A model generated the notes under the pieces. The model saw only the letters and a program-made list of their open reading frames with translations. It ran no database searches and was not told where the DNA came from. A DNA stretch of 64,000 bases from Azolla caroliniana. Its lineage: Eukaryota > Plantae > Polypodiophyta. The DNA lies in the NCBI GenBank assembly GCA_043228905.1, contig JBHGNT010000021.1, forward strand, positions 9,858,001 to 9,922,000, in the 5' to 3' direction. Within the stretch, counting starts at the first letter, position 1. Every line of letters starts with the position of its first letter. The position numbers were made by a program, and so were the translations under genes. This document shows, piece after piece, positions 59,901-64,000 of the stretch.

Positions 59901-62305
59901 GGAATACCACAATGCCGATTCATCAAACTCGACATCTCGGCTGACTCATACCTACTTCGTCGGGGGGTTATAACACTTATACCCCTTTTGCTCTTGAGCA
60001 TAGCCGACTAGGATGCACTTTTCCGATTTTGCATCCAGCTTCCTCCGCTTCTCATCCGGCACATGTACATAGGCTATGCTGCCGAATATCCGGAGGCGTC
60101 TCAAATTCGGCTTGCGCCCAAAATACAGCTCGTGAGCTGACACCTTGTCCCCGATCTGGTTCTGGATGTAAATGGCCGTTTGGACCACCTCTGCCCAATA
60201 GAACTTGGGCATGCTCTTTTCCTCCAACATTGCCCTAGCTGCGTCAATCAGCGACCGATTCTTCCTTTCGGCCACACCATTCTGTTGCGTTGTGTATCTG
60301 CAGCTGAATTCTCACCGAATTCCTTTTTGTCGCAGATAGTACTCTTTTCCGCCATCCGACCGTAGGCATTTGATCTTCCTCTCCGATTCCCGTTCCACCA
60401 TCTTCTGGAGGCTCCGGAAACACTCGAAGACTTCGCTCTTCTGCTCAATGAGGTAGATCCACGTATGCCGCGTGTAGTTGTCGATGAAGGAGACGAAATA
60501 TCGACTCCCACCAATGCTAACATTTTGTGCCGGTCCCCACACATCTGAATGGATAAGATCGAGCTTGTTACGACTTCGATTTCTTTCGGTGGGGAATGGA
60601 AGCCGGTGTTGCTTCTCGAGTTGGCAGGCTTCACAAATCTGGGCTCTCCGACCGCTAAACTTCGGCAAACCGAAAACGACTTGTTCCGTTTGCAGGTCTT
60701 GAAGCCTCTGGTAGTTAACGTGGCCGATCTGCTTGTGCCACATGTCGATATCTGACTCGACCTTCTATCCTTTGGCGAATAGTGCAGTGCTGACATCATT
60801 GGTGTTGAGGATAAACATCCTCCCATCTCTGTGCCCTTGCGCAATAACTTCGCCCTCATCCTCAATGAAGCACCCGAGGTGCGTAAACCGCACCTGCATC
60901 CCCTGGTTGACGATCTGTCCGACCGACACCAGGTTCTTCGTGATCATCGAAACATGTAGTACATTCATCAGCTTCCCCCTCTGTCCGACGTGGCTCAAAG
61001 GGACTTCTCCGACGTGCACGAACGGGTGGGGAGTGTCACCTCCGGTTTCGACAACTCCCGGTTGATCCGGCTTCTCCAAAAAGGAGAACCACTCCTCGTG
61101 GCTCGTCATGTGGTTCGATGCGCCAGAGTCAACGTACCACACTTCCTCTGATTTGGAAGTGGTCTTATTCATTGAGTTTTCCTTGTGCTTCATCACCAAG
61201 GCTGGCCCCTTACCGTTCTTGGATCCTCCCAATCCGTTTGCGTAGTGCAAGCTTTGCCGGCCTTCCTTACCGGTCTTGCCGGATCCAGATTTGTCCGAAT
61301 CGGCACACTTTCTCCAGCACTCGCTTTCCATGTGGCCCTTTTTGCCACAGTACTAGCATTCCGTAGCGGATTTTTCTTGCCGGCCTCCGGCACCACCTTG
61401 ACTCCCCCTGCTTGTGGAAGTCCCGGAACTGCTGTCGGCACACTCATTGTGCCTTCGTTCCTGTTCTTGCCGGCCGCCTCCATTGCGTGCCGACCTGCCT
61501 CGTCCACCACGCCCGCGGGACCAATCCACTCCCATGTACAACATCCGGCTGTCTGGGGATGCACTGGTAGATGCACCGGCGTGGTTCTCCTCTACAAGGA
61601 GCATCGACTGTAAGTCGAAAAATGAGGGCGTATTCTCCCTTGTACATACCGCAGTCCGGAAAGCTCCGAACTTGGACGCCAGGCCTCCAAGACAAACCTG
61701 CACCATCTCGTCTTCCTCTACGGTGACATTAATAGAGGCAAGCGAGTCACAGATCCCTTTGATCCGGGCTGTGTAATCTACCACCGACATGTTCTTCTGT
61801 CGAACATTGCTCAACTCCTGTCTGAGTTGCAGTTTCCGGGCAGTGGTGCTTGCGGCGAAGACCTTTTTCAAGTTTCCCCTAGCATCCTTCGGTGTCTTGG
61901 CGTCACGGATATGGCTAAGCAACTAGTCACTGACACTGGATGCGAAGCAGTACATCACCCTGCTTGCCGCCTGTTCCCAGACTAGAAAGTCCTTGTGTGT
62001 CATCTCCGGTGCTGAGTCGTTCACTCCGTCGACATAACTCCAGTAGCCATGCCCAAGCAGGTACTGGTGCATCTTGTATGACCAAGATGCGTAGTTGGTT
62101 CTGTCGAGCTTCTCCACCAGGAGCGACATAGCCATACCTCTGTCCATTTCTCCTATTGTGTCTGTTTTCCGATCTGTTAGGGTTTCCTTCACAAGCGTAG
62201 ATGTCTGCGGCAGAGGTTCTCAACCCACGCGCTCTGATACCATGTGAAAGATTGCTTGTGGAAGCGTTAGAAAGAACAATACACAAAGAGAGAGAGAGAG
62301 TATGC

Positions 62306-62351
<46 letters not shown>

Positions 62352-62688
62352 AGGACACACTATTTTTCAAAATTATATGAATACTCTATGCTCTATATCT
62401 ACAACGCTCTCATCAGCGCTATTTATACAAGTCCACACGGGACTGTTAGAAGTACGGTGTACTTTAATGCTCACACGAGCATCAGTCACTAACTACGAGA
62501 CTATAACTGCCTAGTAGTCTAACCTATACTAGGCTTCCGGTTATGGATTTGATCCGGCATACCGGCTCCCCAGCTCACTGGTCCTTACTGTTTACCGGCT
62601 CGGTTGCTCACCGGCATACCGATTCATCTCGCTTACCAGCTCAAGCTTATTCAGCCGATCCGGCTCCGGTTGAGCTTGCCGGTCAACA
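56906..62688 (-). mobile_element. Near full-length Ty1/copia family A element
   Basis: LTRs 62243-62688 and 56906-57323. TSD AAGTA/AAGTG. PBS TGGTATCAGAGC at 62242-62231 and PPT at 57324-57335. gag-PR-IN-RT-RH are present with a few stops and frameshifts. Confidence 0.95.
57854..59737 (-). CDS. Copia reverse transcriptase plus RNase H segment (627 aa open)
   Basis: [40 protein letters not shown] and ADIFTKPL. Confidence 0.92.
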   Translation of the reverse strand: MMRRRVVETLSCSPRARNRGDGSHAKRRGKQKMPEFETGNDESDRCVSSGTKTEPAKKGLIPGNGELHRSTPHKDPVKRYGYNEFMTKFAEVCEPESYAEAAKDANWRAAREEEMWALDANGTWDLVDPPRHCKPIGCKWVYKVKYNSDGTVNQYKARLVAKGYAQTHGITYDETFAPVAKMTTVRVVLAVAAARGWHLHQMDVKNAFLQGDLEEEVFMAQPPGFQSEVNKSVVCRLRKSLYGLKQAPRAWNAKITHRLRKMGFVASKSDSSLFIRQDSNGLVCILLYVDDLVITGPGLPEINRVKSQLSDAFDMKDLGDLHYFLGIEVIRTPDGILLSQRHYVLNLLYKFGMTECRPVSTPLDRNQKIRPNSGPACDEKRFRQIVGSLIYLTITRPDISYPVGVVSQFMQKPTVEHLQCLQRILRHVSGTKHRGLLYRQGITEELVEYTDADWAGDATDRCSTSGFIFSLGSVVVAWSSKKQPTVALSSTEAEYRGATIATCEAIWLWRLLQDLWIDVLTPILIYCDNLNSMQLAKNLVFHALTKHIEVHYHFVRERVLSGEVELRYVHTDRQVADIFTKPLELDKLQHFTEMLGVQHLDVPHLRGRRKGKDTTETGKGKKKLFNP

Positions 62689-62859
62689 AAGTGCATTCCT
62701 CTCGGCTACTCAAATGAATAGAAGGGTTATCAGTGTTATAACCCCTGATCGAAAGCGGTCCGATTTTTTGATGAATCAATGTCTTGGTACTTCTCTTCAG
62801 CCGAACCCAAGCTAATTGATGTAGTTGATCCGGTGGAATCCTGAACAGAGAGGTGTCAC

Positions 62860-64000
62860 GGAATCTGAACAGCCTGTACGAGCCCTTCGACAGAGTAGAT
62901 ATACCCAGGGGAGTATTGGAGTCTGATGGGAAACTTCTTAACAGAAAGACAGTGGCCACCATCAGATAGTGCGTCTATGTGAGTGTTCTTTAGCATCTGG
63001 TGAACGACACAAATGCCCACAAAAAGAGGTAGAAGTTGTTAGGGCTATACCAGAGGAAGAATGCCCTCAATAAAACCTCACTGATAAGAAAGATCATACA
63101 ACTGAAATACAGAGATCGTGAGAGCATCGTCGAACACATCAACACATTCATGGGGTATGTAAATCAACTTTTTGCAACCAAGTTTCCCCTTGATGATGTG
63201 ATGCAGGCCATCCTACTGATGTGCACACTACCAAATAGCTGGGAGAACCTAGTGGTTACTTTTAGCACCTCCTATCAAGAAGAGAACTTGTCTTTACAAG
63301 CGGTGAAGACAAGCATACTGGCGAGAAGGAAGGACGAGGGTGTCCTAGTCCAGTCGGAGTCAAATTTGACTCAACACACAGGTAGAGGAAGGAACTGGCA
63401 AAGGAGTTCACCAAGGTGAGAAAAGTATCAAGCCAGGTCGAAGTCCAGAGGTAAGCTCATGTGCTTTTATTGTGGAAAGCCTGGACACTTCTAGAAGAAC
63501 TACTGACATCTCAAGAAAGACAAGAGTGTCGGTAATAATGTCGAACCCAGGAAGATTTCTGAAGAAAAGAACACTCCAGCCATCGCTACGAGAAATGAAG
63601 AACTCATGTTTATTTGTGAACAGGCAAGTGCAAATCTTGCAAGCGAAGAATGCACTTGGGTGATCGACTCCGGTGCATCTTTCCACATAACTCCGTCAAG
63701 AGAGTATTTCTCGACTTACATAGCCGGTGATCATGGTTATGTAAAGATGGGTGACAGTGGGGAGTGCAAGATAGCCGGAATCGGAAGTGTCTATTTGACG
63801 ACGTCGACAGGGTGTCGACAAACTCTAAAGGATGTTTGACACGTCCCTGATATCAGATTGAATCTTATATCGACTGGAAAGATGGACGACGAACGCTATA
63901 GTGGTAGCTTTCGTAATGGCAAATGGAAATTCTGCCGAGGAAACCACATAGTGGCCCGAGCACCGAAAGAGGACACATTGTATATGATGCATGCCCGACT
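62860..64000 (+). mobile_element. Degenerate Tnt1-like copia gag-protease, running off the window end
   Basis: LNRKTVATIR..., ILLMCTLPNSWENLVV, knuckle CFYCGKPGHF..NY, and PR WVIDSGASFHITP. Confidence 0.85.

Larger units (their letters stand above)
54760..62840 (+). mobile_element. Old degenerate Ty1/copia family A copy (gag, PR, IN), host of the element at 56906
   Basis: gag MDQGMASLL at ~54808, PR WYGDSGASNHM and IN motifs up to 56905. The frame resumes after 62693 (LGYS.E.KGY.CYNP). Many stops; no LTR seen. Confidence 0.85.

Overview
Eukaryotic land-plant genomic DNA, probably a large-genome fern (inferred from the style of the PLS-class PPR relic and the retrotransposon families; not proven). 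Only one intact host gene is present: an intronless DUF740/OCTOPUS-like gene at 13400-15535 (-), with three ATG-repeat micro-uORFs in its leader. A PPR pseudogene lies at 23.4-24.5 kb. The rest is mostly transposon sequence. The window opens with the 3' part of an L1-type LINE that has an uninterrupted ORF2 and an unusually long 3' region containing a ~163-bp tandem array. There are two hAT insertions with 8-bp TSDs and a Mutator-like MITE. From 24.5 to 64 kb there is a deeply nested cluster of Ty1/copia and Ty3/gypsy elements, several resolved by LTR pairs, PBS, PPT and 5-bp TSDs. The most unusual observations are: (1) a non-coding LTR element (30453-33250) with a normal tRNA-Arg PBS after its 5' LTR and, in place of a polypurine tract, a sense copy of a second tRNA-Arg 3' end (an inverted PBS) before its 3' LTR, suggesting tRNA priming of both strands; (2) a copia family whose Pol reads through the usual PPT into a ~180-200-aa charged tail ending at a duplicated PPT; (3) LTRs carrying an antisense tRNA-like module; (4) a gypsy element whose 3' LTR is inverted, creating a long hairpin; (5) the LINE 3' array, in which every unit carries a splice-acceptor-like motif. 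All coordinates were read by eye, and no alignments or database searches were run.
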